Positions 1 through 8,394 of a DNA stretch of 29,992 nt are shown here, piece after piece. The stretch is from positions 1 through 29,992 of IMG/VR virus record IMGVR_UViG_3300028586_000062; one strand, 5' to 3'. The notes beneath the pieces were generated by a model. The model ran no database searches and was not told the origin of the DNA. It saw only the letters and a list, made by a program, of their open reading frames with translations. The first letter of the stretch is position 1. The number at the start of each line of letters is the position of its first letter. The position numbers and the translations under genes were made by a program. Source of the stretch: a virus. Lineage: Duplodnaviria > Caudoviricetes.

Positions 1-1
1 C

Positions 2-1108
2 GGCCCGATCCCACCGGTCCTGCGGGGTCATATCTTTGAACGCGGCGAACTCGGGGTCGTCGCTTTCCATCCACTGCTGCTGCACCTGGTTGATGCGCTC
101 GACCGAGAAAACGGCCCAGAGTTGGCGCCCACCAAAAACGAGCGGGAAGGACGCGTAGCGGTTGCGCTTGTAGATCAGCAGCGCCTTTTCAGACGCGTCG
201 GTCGCGATGGTGAAGTCGCCGTTGTAGAGATACTCGGCGAGGTGTTCCGCGGTCAGCTCGTCGGAGAGTGCGAGGTCATTCCAGTCGCGCTTCTCGCCTT
301 CGCCATCGGGGCGGACCTGCGCCGCGCCGGCTTCCCAGCCATCCTCGCGCGCACGCTTTACGAATTTGCGGGTGAAGCTGACGCCGGCCTTGCCGACGTC
401 GAAGGCGAATATGATCTTGGGCGGCGCTTTGCCGAGTTCGGCAGCGGCGCGACGCAGGCGGGCTAGTGCCTCCTCTGGGTAGTTGTTGCAGCTCATAAGG
501 CTGACGGCCGGCTGGCCACCGGTCTGAATCATGGCGATCGAGTCGAAGATGCCCTCCACGGCCCAAATCGTGTCGGCCGCGGCGAGCTGCTCGATCGGCA
601 GCATCGACCACCATTCGCCCTTGTATGATCCGCCGACCGCGAAGTTCGCCTTCTTGTCCCCGAACCGGCCGGGCTGGTCGATCAGTCGCTCCCAATAGGT
701 GCCGGGCAGCTGGAACCTGACGGTTGCCGAACCGATGCCGAGCTTGCGATCGTGATACGCTTCCTGCGTGTAGAGGCCGCGCAGGCCGAGCAGATCGAAA
801 CCGCGGGCATGCGAAAGGTAGGCGTCGGCCGCTGCGTTGGGGGCCTCAGCCGTCTTGACGTGGCGCTTCGACCAGTCGTCGAAGATTTCGGGGTAGAGCG
901 TCTTTACGGCGAACGTCTCGCCGCATTTATCGGCACGTCCGCAGCGCAGGATCCACGGCTTATCCGCGTTCGACCAAAGGACGTCCTTTTTGCCGCAGCC
1001 GCCATGTTCGGCGGGGCATCGCCCACCGCGCAGGTAGGTGCCCTTAACCTGCAGGCCAAAGTCGGCCTTCAGTTGGAGCAGCAAATCTCTGAGCAAATCT
1101 GAACGCAT
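2..1108 (-). CDS. Phage DNA primase-type replication protein (N-terminal Zn finger + TOPRIM), 3' truncated by window edge
   Basis: Read by hand from ATG 1108: MRSDLLRDLLLQLKADFGL...RCPAEHGGCGKK...LRCGRADKCG (four Cys), IWAVEGIFDSIAM (TOPRIM E), FAFDVGKAG, KRDWND. Open to base 2. Absent from the ORF track because it has no stop codon in the window. Confidence 0.85.
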   Translation of the reverse strand, partial: MRSDLLRDLLLQLKADFGLQVKGTYLRGGRCPAEHGGCGKKDVLWSNADKPWILRCGRADKCGETFAVKTLYPEIFDDWSKRHVKTAEAPNAAADAYLSHARGFDLLGLRGLYTQEAYHDRKLGIGSATVRFQLPGTYWERLIDQPGRFGDKKANFAVGGSYKGEWWSMLPIEQLAAADTIWAVEGIFDSIAMIQTGGQPAVSLMSCNNYPEEALARLRRAAAELGKAPPKIIFAFDVGKAGVSFTRKFVKRAREDGWEAGAAQVRPDGEGEKRDWNDLALSDELTAEHLAEYLYNGDFTIATDASEKALLIYKRNRYASFPLVFGGRQLWAVFSVERINQVQQQWMESDDPEFAAFKDMTPQDRWDRA

Positions 1109-1211
1109 GGGAGGGAGCAATTCTTTCGGACAAGCGGGGGGCGTTCCCGGCGGCGGGGTCGCGCCGGGTCGGTTGAATCAGCAGGGTCGGTTGCGGCCGA
1201 GGCCGCGGGGA

Positions 1212-1556
1212 TCAGGTGGTCAGAATGGCAGCGAGCGCGGCGATGACGCCGTTGTCGTCGTGATCGTCGTTAGCGTGCTGGGGCTGGTCATCGTTCGCCG
1301 GTTTCGTATCCGGACCGACAAGGTTCGGATTAGCAAAAGGGAGGTGGATGCCATCACGCGGGGTACGGCTAGGGCGGATTGTGCGGATCACGGACAACTG
1401 GGCGACGAAGCTGTGCCCGCAATCGCCGTTGGTGCATTCGAGACGGATCTCGCGCACCATGTTCGTTACGTCGGTGCTCGTGCGGACGATCGACTTGGCA
1501 TCGCAGTGCGCGCAAGTGATCGCGGGCAGTCGGTTAAGCGTCTTCTTCTTACTCAC
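1212..1556 (-). CDS. ogr: Ogr/Delta-family zinc-finger late-gene activator
   Basis: CAHC-x22-CTNGDCGHSF Ogr signature; C-terminal acidic extension; overlaps the stop of the upstream gene. Confidence 0.9.
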   Translation of the reverse strand: MSKKKTLNRLPAITCAHCDAKSIVRTSTDVTNMVREIRLECTNGDCGHSFVAQLSVIRTIRPSRTPRDGIHLPFANPNLVGPDTKPANDDQPQHANDDHDDNGVIAALAAILTT

Positions 1557-2047
1557 TGGTAACCCCCGGTATTCCCCGCGTTTGACCCTGCGCCGAACTG
1601 AAGGAATCGCGGGATGCGACGCAGAAGCGCGTCGAGTACCGACTCGACCTGTTGCGCTTCGACCAGTGCGCGGTTGTGCGCGCGCGGGGAGGCACCGGGT
1701 TGAGCGGCTTCAATAAGGGCGGCGCCAAGTTCGCCTGCCTCGCGGACGAACTGCGCCGTGTCGGCTGCGAGCGCGCGGTAGCAGGCGGTTTCGGCGGAAT
1801 ATTCTACACCGACAGCGTGGGCGAGAGCCTCGGTGTACGGCGAGTCCTGTCCACCAGCCGCGCGGTACGCAGCGTCGAGTGCCGCAGCGTGCCGTATGGT
1901 TGGCGACGTCTTGTAATTCGGTTGGCTCCAGTAGCGGACGGCGCGTTTCGATCGGCCGGTGATCTTCGCCATGGCAGCCCAGCCGAGCAAACCGGCAATG
2001 GTTGTGGTCGCTTGGTCGAATGTTTTGGCGGGGCGCTCGATCGTCAC
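1553..2047 (-). CDS. Phage regulatory protein, CII-like
   Basis: N-terminal HTH-like segment (WAAMAKITGRSKRAVRYW) and helical C-terminus; directly after cro with a 4-nt overlap. The function is inferred from position. Confidence 0.55.
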   Translation of the reverse strand: MTIERPAKTFDQATTTIAGLLGWAAMAKITGRSKRAVRYWSQPNYKTSPTIRHAAALDAAYRAAGGQDSPYTEALAHAVGVEYSAETACYRALAADTAQFVREAGELGAALIEAAQPGASPRAHNRALVEAQQVESVLDALLRRIPRFLQFGAGSNAGNTGGYQ

Positions 2048-2364
2048 GCGCTTGCCCGCTTCAAAATGGTGGCCCGATCGAAATCGACGGTCGGGCCACC
2101 AGGCCCTACGGACCCGGATACATCGTCGACGGGGAGGGAGGCCGACAGATCCGCAGGGTAAAGGTCAGGGCGCAGCAGATGCTTCGAAACGCCAGTTTCA
2201 CGCTCGACGATGAGGCACAGCTCAGCCGGAAGACGCTTGCCGCTTTGAATCCACTTCCAGACGGCTGTCTGCGACACGCCGCATAGGCGTGCCATGGCGG
2301 ATTGCGACCCGGCGCGGGCTACCGCGGCTTGGAGAGCTTCGGAGGGGGTTGCTTGCGTCTGCAT
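2044..2364 (-). CDS. cro: Cro-like repressor (YdaS/Cro HTH family)
   Basis: AGSQSAMARLCGVSQTAVWKW...IVERETGVSKHLLRPDLYP; divergent from cI. ATG 2364 preferred over the track's 2382. Confidence 0.85.
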   Translation of the reverse strand: MQTQATPSEALQAAVARAGSQSAMARLCGVSQTAVWKWIQSGKRLPAELCLIVERETGVSKHLLRPDLYPADLSASLPVDDVSGSVGPGGPTVDFDRATILKRASA

Positions 2365-2447
2365 ACAACCAGCTACAACCACAGTTGATGCTAGGTCAAC
2401 ATCTACGTTTCCATTTCAAAAATAAACTTTGGTTGTAGGTTTTTACC
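2365..2447. promoter_or_regulatory. Lysis/lysogeny switch: divergent promoters with two inverted operator sites
   Basis: CTACAACCACAGTTGAT (2373-2389) and the reverse complement of 2422-2438 (CTACAACCAAAGTTTAT) match 15/17. Extra half-site TACAACC at 2364-2370. Minus-strand TTGACC (2399-2394) and TAGCTG (2375-2370); plus-strand TAGGTT (2436-2441). Confidence 0.75.
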
Positions 2448-3110
2448 GTGATTTCGATAGAACGCCTCGCCCTCCGGATGCGCAATAAGGGGATCAGCCA
2501 AGCCGAGCTGGCCCGGCGCGTCGGGATTTCGCAACAAGCCATTGGCAAACTGGTTAACGGTGCGTCGCGGAGTTCGCCGAATATCGGCCGGATCGCAGAA
2601 GTGTTGGAGACAACCCCGGCGTACCTCGCCGGTCAAGTTGACGATCCGAATGAGGGCGCGATGCTGCTCCCTACCGAGGACGTCATCGCCGACTTACTAG
2701 ACCTGGTCACGATAGACGAGATTGACCTAGCCTTCGGGCTTGGGGAAACATACACCGATCATATCGCTGTCGAGACTACGCGGCGCAGGTTCCCCCGCGC
2801 GTGGCTGTCGACCCTGACAGATGCTGCGCCCGCCCATCTGGTATTTGCGCGCGGTCGCGGCGACTCGATGATGCCGACGCTTCTCGACGGTGACATTGTC
2901 CTGATCGACAAGACGCAGAATATTTTCCGCGAGCAGGATGTTCTATGGGCTGTTCTTATGGGGGACGCCGCTATGATCAAGCGGCTGCGTATGCGACCTT
3001 CAGGCCGGATCGCGTTGTTATCTGATAACTCTATGATCCCACCCGACGAAGTTTCGCCGAATGAGATCAGGATTGTCGGTCGTATAGTCTTTATTGGCCG
3101 TAGAATGTAA
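2448..3110 (+). CDS. cI: CI-like repressor, HTH_3 + S24 autopeptidase
   Basis: SQAELARRVGISQQAIGKLVNG HTH; GRGDSMMPTL catalytic Ser; MIKRL catalytic Lys; IVGRIV terminus. Confidence 0.93.
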   Translation: MISIERLALRMRNKGISQAELARRVGISQQAIGKLVNGASRSSPNIGRIAEVLETTPAYLAGQVDDPNEGAMLLPTEDVIADLLDLVTIDEIDLAFGLGETYTDHIAVETTRRRFPRAWLSTLTDAAPAHLVFARGRGDSMMPTLLDGDIVLIDKTQNIFREQDVLWAVLMGDAAMIKRLRMRPSGRIALLSDNSMIPPDEVSPNEIRIVGRIVFIGRRM

Positions 3111-3133
3111 TTATCTATGGCAGGGACACGATA

Positions 3134-4018
3134 CTATAGGCTTTTGGGAGAGGGGTAATGTGCACGATCCTTGCGGCCTCGCCTGTACAATAACCAAATG
3201 GCTATCAGCATCGGAACAGTCCAGCCGTGTACGGAAAGGATTGTTGTCAGTCTTTGGAAAGCAATTCCGCGAAGCGGACCTTGGCCGTCTATGTCTATTA
3301 TAGCTATCTTGCCGTCCCGAGCCAGGTTTTCAAACTTTTGATCGACGCCTTTCGATCTCCACTTTTCGGCGGCGTAAAGCTCCAGAAACTTACCCGGTGC
3401 CATTAAGCTGTCAAAGGGAATGCCTTCCTCAGTAGGTTCAAGCGACGGATCGTAGTAACGCCAAACGCCATCGGGTTTCGCCGCGACCGCAGAATGGGGC
3501 GGCACTCCGCCTACGTTAAACCTCACTGTTGCCTGAAGGATGCCGTTTCGACGAAATAGCTCCTGTAGGATTTGCGAAGCCTGCGAGCAAAACGCAATGT
3601 TTTCCTTAACAAGTTCCTCAGGAAGCATCTTTCCAGCGAATGAGGCGTCCATAAAAGCCAAGCTATCTAAACTATTGGCGATCCAATTTTGCCGCCAAGT
3701 CTGACGGGCAACCCCGTGTACCGTGTGCAGCTCAACAACCTTTGTCAAAGCTAGTGCCAGATCACGCTTATCGTTTCCGGTTTTTACTATTCTATGCCGG
3801 GCGGCATCCTCAAGCCCCGCTAAAGATCTAATCTCTCCAATGCGGGGGTCATAAGCATCGTTTGATATGTCAAAAGTCGTTGAACCGCCCCCCACGTCTT
3901 CAAAGCGGATCGAGTATAGGAACGCGGAAAGCGCAAAAAGAACGATGATGAACCAATCTCGTGATCTTGAAGTACGGGTCAGCGTATGCATTTTTATCGA
4001 AAGGGCCGAACTAGTCAT
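3134..4018 (-). CDS. Moron: membrane-anchored transglutaminase-like (Cys-His-Asp) protein
   Basis: AFCSQASQILQELF...PHSAVAA...WRYYDPS triad pattern; hydrophobic segments at both termini; low GC (3601-3660 is 27/60 GC); AT-rich upstream region. Confidence 0.65.
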   Translation of the reverse strand: MTSSALSIKMHTLTRTSRSRDWFIIVLFALSAFLYSIRFEDVGGGSTTFDISNDAYDPRIGEIRSLAGLEDAARHRIVKTGNDKRDLALALTKVVELHTVHGVARQTWRQNWIANSLDSLAFMDASFAGKMLPEELVKENIAFCSQASQILQELFRRNGILQATVRFNVGGVPPHSAVAAKPDGVWRYYDPSLEPTEEGIPFDSLMAPGKFLELYAAEKWRSKGVDQKFENLARDGKIAIIDIDGQGPLRGIAFQRLTTILSVHGWTVPMLIAIWLLYRRGRKDRAHYPSPKSL

Positions 4019-4098
4019 ATATCTGACATATTAATATATGTTGCTGACTCAACCAAACCAAATCGCATTAATCCATGTCACAATTGCTGGGTTGGCCG
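4019..4098 (-). promoter_or_regulatory. Putative own promoter of the moron
   Basis: AT-rich spacer with minus-strand TTGGTT-N17-TAATAT shortly before ATG 4018, overlapped by the dyad ACATAT-N4-ATATGT (4026-4041). Confidence 0.4.
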
Positions 4099-5142
4099 TC
4101 AAAGTATTTGAGTTGACGAGGTTTTTAGGTTCACCTTGGTAAGGTACCCCCTATCGCCAAGCTGATGCGTCACCTCGTCAACGATCCAGGCGACTGCGTC
4201 GATCTCAGTCCTGTAGCCTGCCACTGTTGTCTTTTGTTCAGGCGAGATATCCGGTCTGCCGAGCGCGAGGCTCAGATCCAGCGAGACCGGCTCGCGCTGT
4301 GATCGGCTGTGCGCGGCAGTCGCCGCGGCGCTGGCATCGGACTCCGAGCCATAGACGCGCGATAGCTTCTTCGCGCCGTCGACCTTGCCCGCGGTGACGG
4401 TTTCGCGCTTGCCGCCCTTGCGATCGTGCCACGTTGCCGAGACGCCGGGCACGTCGTCACGCTTCTGGCGGCTGAAGTTGTGGGTGTCGCCGTCGTGGCG
4501 GTTGATGGTCAACGCCGGCAGCGCGCGTCCGGCCGGGGTCGTGGCTTTCCCGATCGGGGAAAGGATCAGCCGGCCGCGCTTGATCGTGGCAACGGCGTCC
4601 TGTTCGCGCCCGAGGCGGCGCAGGAAGGCGAGATCGCTTTCTCGGCTCTGTGCCTTGCTCTTGACCGCAATCGACGCCAGCGCGGGCGCGCAGCTCGGTT
4701 TCAGTCCGTGATGCTTCGCCACCTCGCCGACGATCGCGCCGAGCGTCGTGCCGTGCCAGCCCTTCTCGCGCCTGGTCTTGAGATCGGTGGTGAAGTCTAC
4801 CGACCGTGCACGAATCGTGATCGTGTCGGGTGGACCGGAATGCGTGACCTCGTCGACCTTGAAGCTGCCCTTGTCGACCAGGCCGACCACGACGTCGCTG
4901 CCCTGTTTCCAGCCGAGATGGACGGTCAGCACCGCGCCGGTCTTGGGCAGCGCCAGGCGCCCGTCCGCGTCGGACAGTACGATGTCGAGCTGGTCGGCGG
5001 ACTCGCCACGCTTTTCGGAGATCGAGAGCGAAATAAGGCGTTTGCGGATCCTGCCGTCGACCGCGGCGACGTCTTCCTGCAGCGTCCCGGTCAGGTCGGT
5101 GCCGTCGAGCGTGACGCGGACGTCGGGGATGTTGGCGATCAT
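4099..5142 (-). CDS. D: Late control/baseplate hub protein D
   Basis: RLISLSISEKRGESADQLDIVLSD, LGW...LVDKGSFKVDEVTHSGPPD, QSRESDLAFLRRLG are typical of gpD; follows U. Confidence 0.93.
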   Translation of the reverse strand: MIANIPDVRVTLDGTDLTGTLQEDVAAVDGRIRKRLISLSISEKRGESADQLDIVLSDADGRLALPKTGAVLTVHLGWKQGSDVVVGLVDKGSFKVDEVTHSGPPDTITIRARSVDFTTDLKTRREKGWHGTTLGAIVGEVAKHHGLKPSCAPALASIAVKSKAQSRESDLAFLRRLGREQDAVATIKRGRLILSPIGKATTPAGRALPALTINRHDGDTHNFSRQKRDDVPGVSATWHDRKGGKRETVTAGKVDGAKKLSRVYGSESDASAAATAAHSRSQREPVSLDLSLALGRPDISPEQKTTVAGYRTEIDAVAWIVDEVTHQLGDRGYLTKVNLKTSSTQIL

Positions 5143-5531
5143 GACTGGTCCTTCTCGTCGTCGACCCGCAGCAGGTCGATGTTGAATTCGATTTTGCGCG
5201 GTCGACCGTCGGGGCCGAGTTCCTTCAGGCCCTCGTCGATCCCCTGAATCACGAACGCTCCGTAGACCTGCCCCGCGCCGTCGACGACGGACCAGGCGTT
5301 GCCGGTGCCCGCCATGGCGCGCAGTTCATCGAGCGAGGCGCGGCCGTCGCTAAGCTCGGCATGCGCGACGCCGCGTAGGGAGATCGTTTCCGGCCCGACG
5401 CCGACGAACTGTGTCGCGTCGCGCGCGCCGATGCGCGGCGACGTCGCGTGGATCCACGACGATCGGCGCTGCAGCTCGTCATGGACGATCGTCGGGATCG
5501 AGAAAGCGAACATTCCAATAGCTAGCAGCAT
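5139..5531 (-). CDS. U: Tail protein U
   Basis: MLLAIGMFAF...QFVGVGPETISLRG...GRPRKIEFNIDLLRVD. Start placed at ATG 5531, just after the T stop. Confidence 0.92.
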   Translation of the reverse strand: MLLAIGMFAFSIPTIVHDELQRRSSWIHATSPRIGARDATQFVGVGPETISLRGVAHAELSDGRASLDELRAMAGTGNAWSVVDGAGQVYGAFVIQGIDEGLKELGPDGRPRKIEFNIDLLRVDDEKDQS

Positions 5532-5536
5532 ACCCG

Positions 5537-8266
5537 TCACTCCCAATCCGGTTTGTCGGCGAAAGCGGAGCGACCGTTCGCTGCCTGCTCGCGCATCATC
5601 TTTTCCCATTCTGCGCGGCAGGCCATCGCGATATCTTCAGGGCTCTGGCCCGGCGCCCCGTACACCTTGAACGAGACGTAAGTGGTCGCGGGTGCCGAGA
5701 CCGCGCCGCTTGCCGCGTTCGAGGAACCGCCGACAGGCACGCCGGTCGCCATGGCGGGCACCGCCGTTCCTACTGCGATAGCTGCGGCCATACGGCGCGA
5801 AAGGTCGTCGAGACGCTGCACCGGTTCGCCCGCCGCCCCGTCCAGCCCCTTGTTCAGACCGCCGACAATGTGCCCGCCGAGCGCCATGAAGACGCGGCTA
5901 GGGGACCTGATCTGCGCGGCGCTCTTGAAGCCACCGGCAAGCGATTTTGCCATGCTGGTCCCGAAGGTCCACAGCTTCCCGGGCGCGGCCTTGATGCCGT
6001 TCCACAGGCCCTGAATTATCATGGTCCCGAAGTTGAAGAACATCGTCGGCAGGGTGATGAACGCAGCGCGCATCGCGCTTTTGAAAAAGCCCCACGCCAC
6101 ATTCCAGCCGTTTGCCAGCATGACGGGGAGCCGTGTCGTCAGCCACGACCAGGACGCCGAGATTGCGCCGGTGAACATGCCCCAAGCGGCATTCCATCCA
6201 GATGAGAGCAAGCCGGGGAGCGTGCCTGTAAGCCAACCAGCAGCAGCCGAACCGAACCGGTATAGCGACCCGAGCGCGTACCCGATGAAGTATGCGATGC
6301 CGCGATAGATATCGAGCGCGCTCAGCGAGAACAGCGACTTCACGCCCTCCCACATGCCGCGAAATACGCCTACCACGGCATCGCTGGCGCCAGAAAACCG
6401 CGTCTCGATACCCGTCCACAGGTTGGAAAAGAACGCGCCGATAGCGCCCCAATTGCTGTAAATCAGATACGCAGCCCCCGCGAGCAGCGCGATGCCGGCG
6501 ACGATCGCCAGCGCAATGCCGATGATCGGCAGCAACGCCATCTCGGTATATGTCGCAGCCGCGGCGAACAGGTACATCGGTCCGACGATGCCGGCGAGCG
6601 CGATGGCTCCGATCCCCAGCACGATGAACAGCGCCGACAGGCCACCGGCGAACAGGACGATTGCACGGGTCATCGCCGGGTGGCGTTGCGTCCAGCCGGC
6701 AAGTCGGTTTGCGAACGCCCCGGCGCGCTCGAGGACGGCGTTGACGGTCGGCAACAGCGTGTTGCCGAGCGAGATCGCCAGCGCCGCGGCGTTCACCTTC
6801 AGCGCCTTGGTCTGTTCGGCCGAGTCCTTCATGCGCTCGGCGAAGTCGGTGTCGGTCGTACCGTTCGCCGCTTGCGCCTTCGCGCGGATCGCCCGGTATT
6901 CCTCCAAATTCTGAATGATCGGGCGCAGGCCCTGCTGCACCTGGCTGTCCTCGAACAGGAAGCCGAGCTTGCCGAGATCCCCGCCGGTCGCCTTCTTCGT
7001 CAGCTCGGCAATCGCCTCCAGCGGCGTCTTCCCCTCGGCATATGCCTTTTTCAGCGACTTCGGCAGATCGATACCGAATTTCGAGAACGCCTTGATCGTC
7101 GCCGGTGACGAGATTTTCTGAATGATGTTCGACACGTTGTTCGCGGCCGATGCCGAATCACCGGCACCCTTGCGCGCGATCTGCAGCGCAGCCGCCAGAT
7201 CCGCGACCGCGCCGGTGCCGGTCTGCCCGAGCGCCTGATAGCCGGCGGTGAGCGCGGGGAACGCGCCCGCCATATCCTTGATCTCGAACGCGCCGGCCTT
7301 GCCCGCTTCGGCCATGATGTCGATGACCTTGCCGGTCTGCGAGATCGGCACCTTCAGATTGTCGTTCGCCGCGAAGGCCGCGGCCGACAGATCGTCGATC
7401 TCGGCTTTGTACGCGGTCGCCGCGCGCCCGATCGGCTTCATCATCTGCGTGGCCTTGGTCGGATCGAGGCCGAAGCCCGAGAGCGTATCGACGCCCTTCT
7501 GCAGATCCTCCGGCATCTGGTTGGCTGCGCGCGACGCGATCAACAGGCTCGCGCCCATCTTGTCCGCCTGGACGCGCGCCAGGTTCGCCTTCTGCGCGAT
7601 GTCGGTCATCCCCGACTGGAACGCCTGCGCCTGCTCGATCCCGCCGAGTATCGGCCGCGCCATGACCATGCCGGTGGCGAGCGATGCAGCACCACCTGCC
7701 GCCATGCCGGTGGCGAGCCCCTGGCCGCGGGTGAACCGGTCGCGCGCTGCACCGAAGCGGCGCTGGCGATTGCTGGTCTCTTCGAGCTGGCGCGACTGCT
7801 CCTGCAGCTCGCGGTTCGTCTGCATCGCGTCGGTGCGCAGGCGGCGTTCATGGCCCGCCAGATCGTTGACGTCGACACCGGCCGTATGCAGGCGCAGGGA
7901 CAGCTCCTGCAGGGCGCGACCGTCCAGATCGTGCTGGCGGGTGAGCTGCTGCTCCTCGCGTTTCGCCCGTTCGAATTCGCGCGTCATGGCGCGGGTAGGG
8001 GTGGCGGTCTGCTCGATCTCCTGCGCGAGACGGCCGACCTTCGTCTGCGCCGATTGCATCGCCTGCTCGGTCGTGCGCAGCCCCGCCTTCAGTTCGCGGA
8101 AGCCCCCAACGTCGGCCTGCGCGCGCTCGATCTCTTTCAGCTTGTCGCGGGTCAGTTTCAGCGCCTGCGCGGTGCGCGAGGATCCGTTGGCGATATCGCG
8201 AAGGGGGCGAGTGACCTTGTCACCCGCCTCCAGCAGCATACGGATACGAAGGTTGCGATCGGCCAT
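5537..8266 (-). CDS. T: Tail tape measure protein
   Basis: 909 aa, Ala-rich coiled coil, central hydrophobic segment, Trp-periodic repeats, IRSPSRVF motif; lies between E' and U. Confidence 0.95.
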   Translation of the reverse strand: MADRNLRIRMLLEAGDKVTRPLRDIANGSSRTAQALKLTRDKLKEIERAQADVGGFRELKAGLRTTEQAMQSAQTKVGRLAQEIEQTATPTRAMTREFERAKREEQQLTRQHDLDGRALQELSLRLHTAGVDVNDLAGHERRLRTDAMQTNRELQEQSRQLEETSNRQRRFGAARDRFTRGQGLATGMAAGGAASLATGMVMARPILGGIEQAQAFQSGMTDIAQKANLARVQADKMGASLLIASRAANQMPEDLQKGVDTLSGFGLDPTKATQMMKPIGRAATAYKAEIDDLSAAAFAANDNLKVPISQTGKVIDIMAEAGKAGAFEIKDMAGAFPALTAGYQALGQTGTGAVADLAAALQIARKGAGDSASAANNVSNIIQKISSPATIKAFSKFGIDLPKSLKKAYAEGKTPLEAIAELTKKATGGDLGKLGFLFEDSQVQQGLRPIIQNLEEYRAIRAKAQAANGTTDTDFAERMKDSAEQTKALKVNAAALAISLGNTLLPTVNAVLERAGAFANRLAGWTQRHPAMTRAIVLFAGGLSALFIVLGIGAIALAGIVGPMYLFAAAATYTEMALLPIIGIALAIVAGIALLAGAAYLIYSNWGAIGAFFSNLWTGIETRFSGASDAVVGVFRGMWEGVKSLFSLSALDIYRGIAYFIGYALGSLYRFGSAAAGWLTGTLPGLLSSGWNAAWGMFTGAISASWSWLTTRLPVMLANGWNVAWGFFKSAMRAAFITLPTMFFNFGTMIIQGLWNGIKAAPGKLWTFGTSMAKSLAGGFKSAAQIRSPSRVFMALGGHIVGGLNKGLDGAAGEPVQRLDDLSRRMAAAIAVGTAVPAMATGVPVGGSSNAASGAVSAPATTYVSFKVYGAPGQSPEDIAMACRAEWEKMMREQAANGRSAFADKPDWE

Positions 8267-8269
8267 GCG

Positions 8270-8386
8270 TCAGCTTTCCGGATTGTGGCGCTTGGCCGCT
8301 TTGGTCCTCCAGCCCATGAGTTCGCCGAGCGGCATCGCGCTCATGACGTCGGGGGACCAGTGAAAGACGAGGGCGATATCCGCCAT
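8270..8386 (-). CDS. GpE' extension of tail assembly chaperone (frameshift product E+E')
   Basis: MADIALVFHWSPDVMSAMPLGELMGWRTKAAKRHNPES is the P2 GpE'-family pattern, in the -1 frame relative to E. Not in the ORF track. Confidence 0.88.
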   Translation of the reverse strand: MADIALVFHWSPDVMSAMPLGELMGWRTKAAKRHNPES

Positions 8387-8394
8387 CGCCTCGC

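Noticed and set aside
122-1102. Track ORFs 122-466, 276-695 and 752-1102
   Set aside because: Shadows of the minus-strand primase frame, which has clear motifs.
1553-2364. YdaS/YdaT-type toxin-antitoxin pair
   Set aside because: The position opposite cI and the shared operators fit Cro plus CII-like regulators better.
6080-6420. Trp-rich repeats in the tape measure gene
   Set aside because: A normal periodic feature of tape measure proteins.
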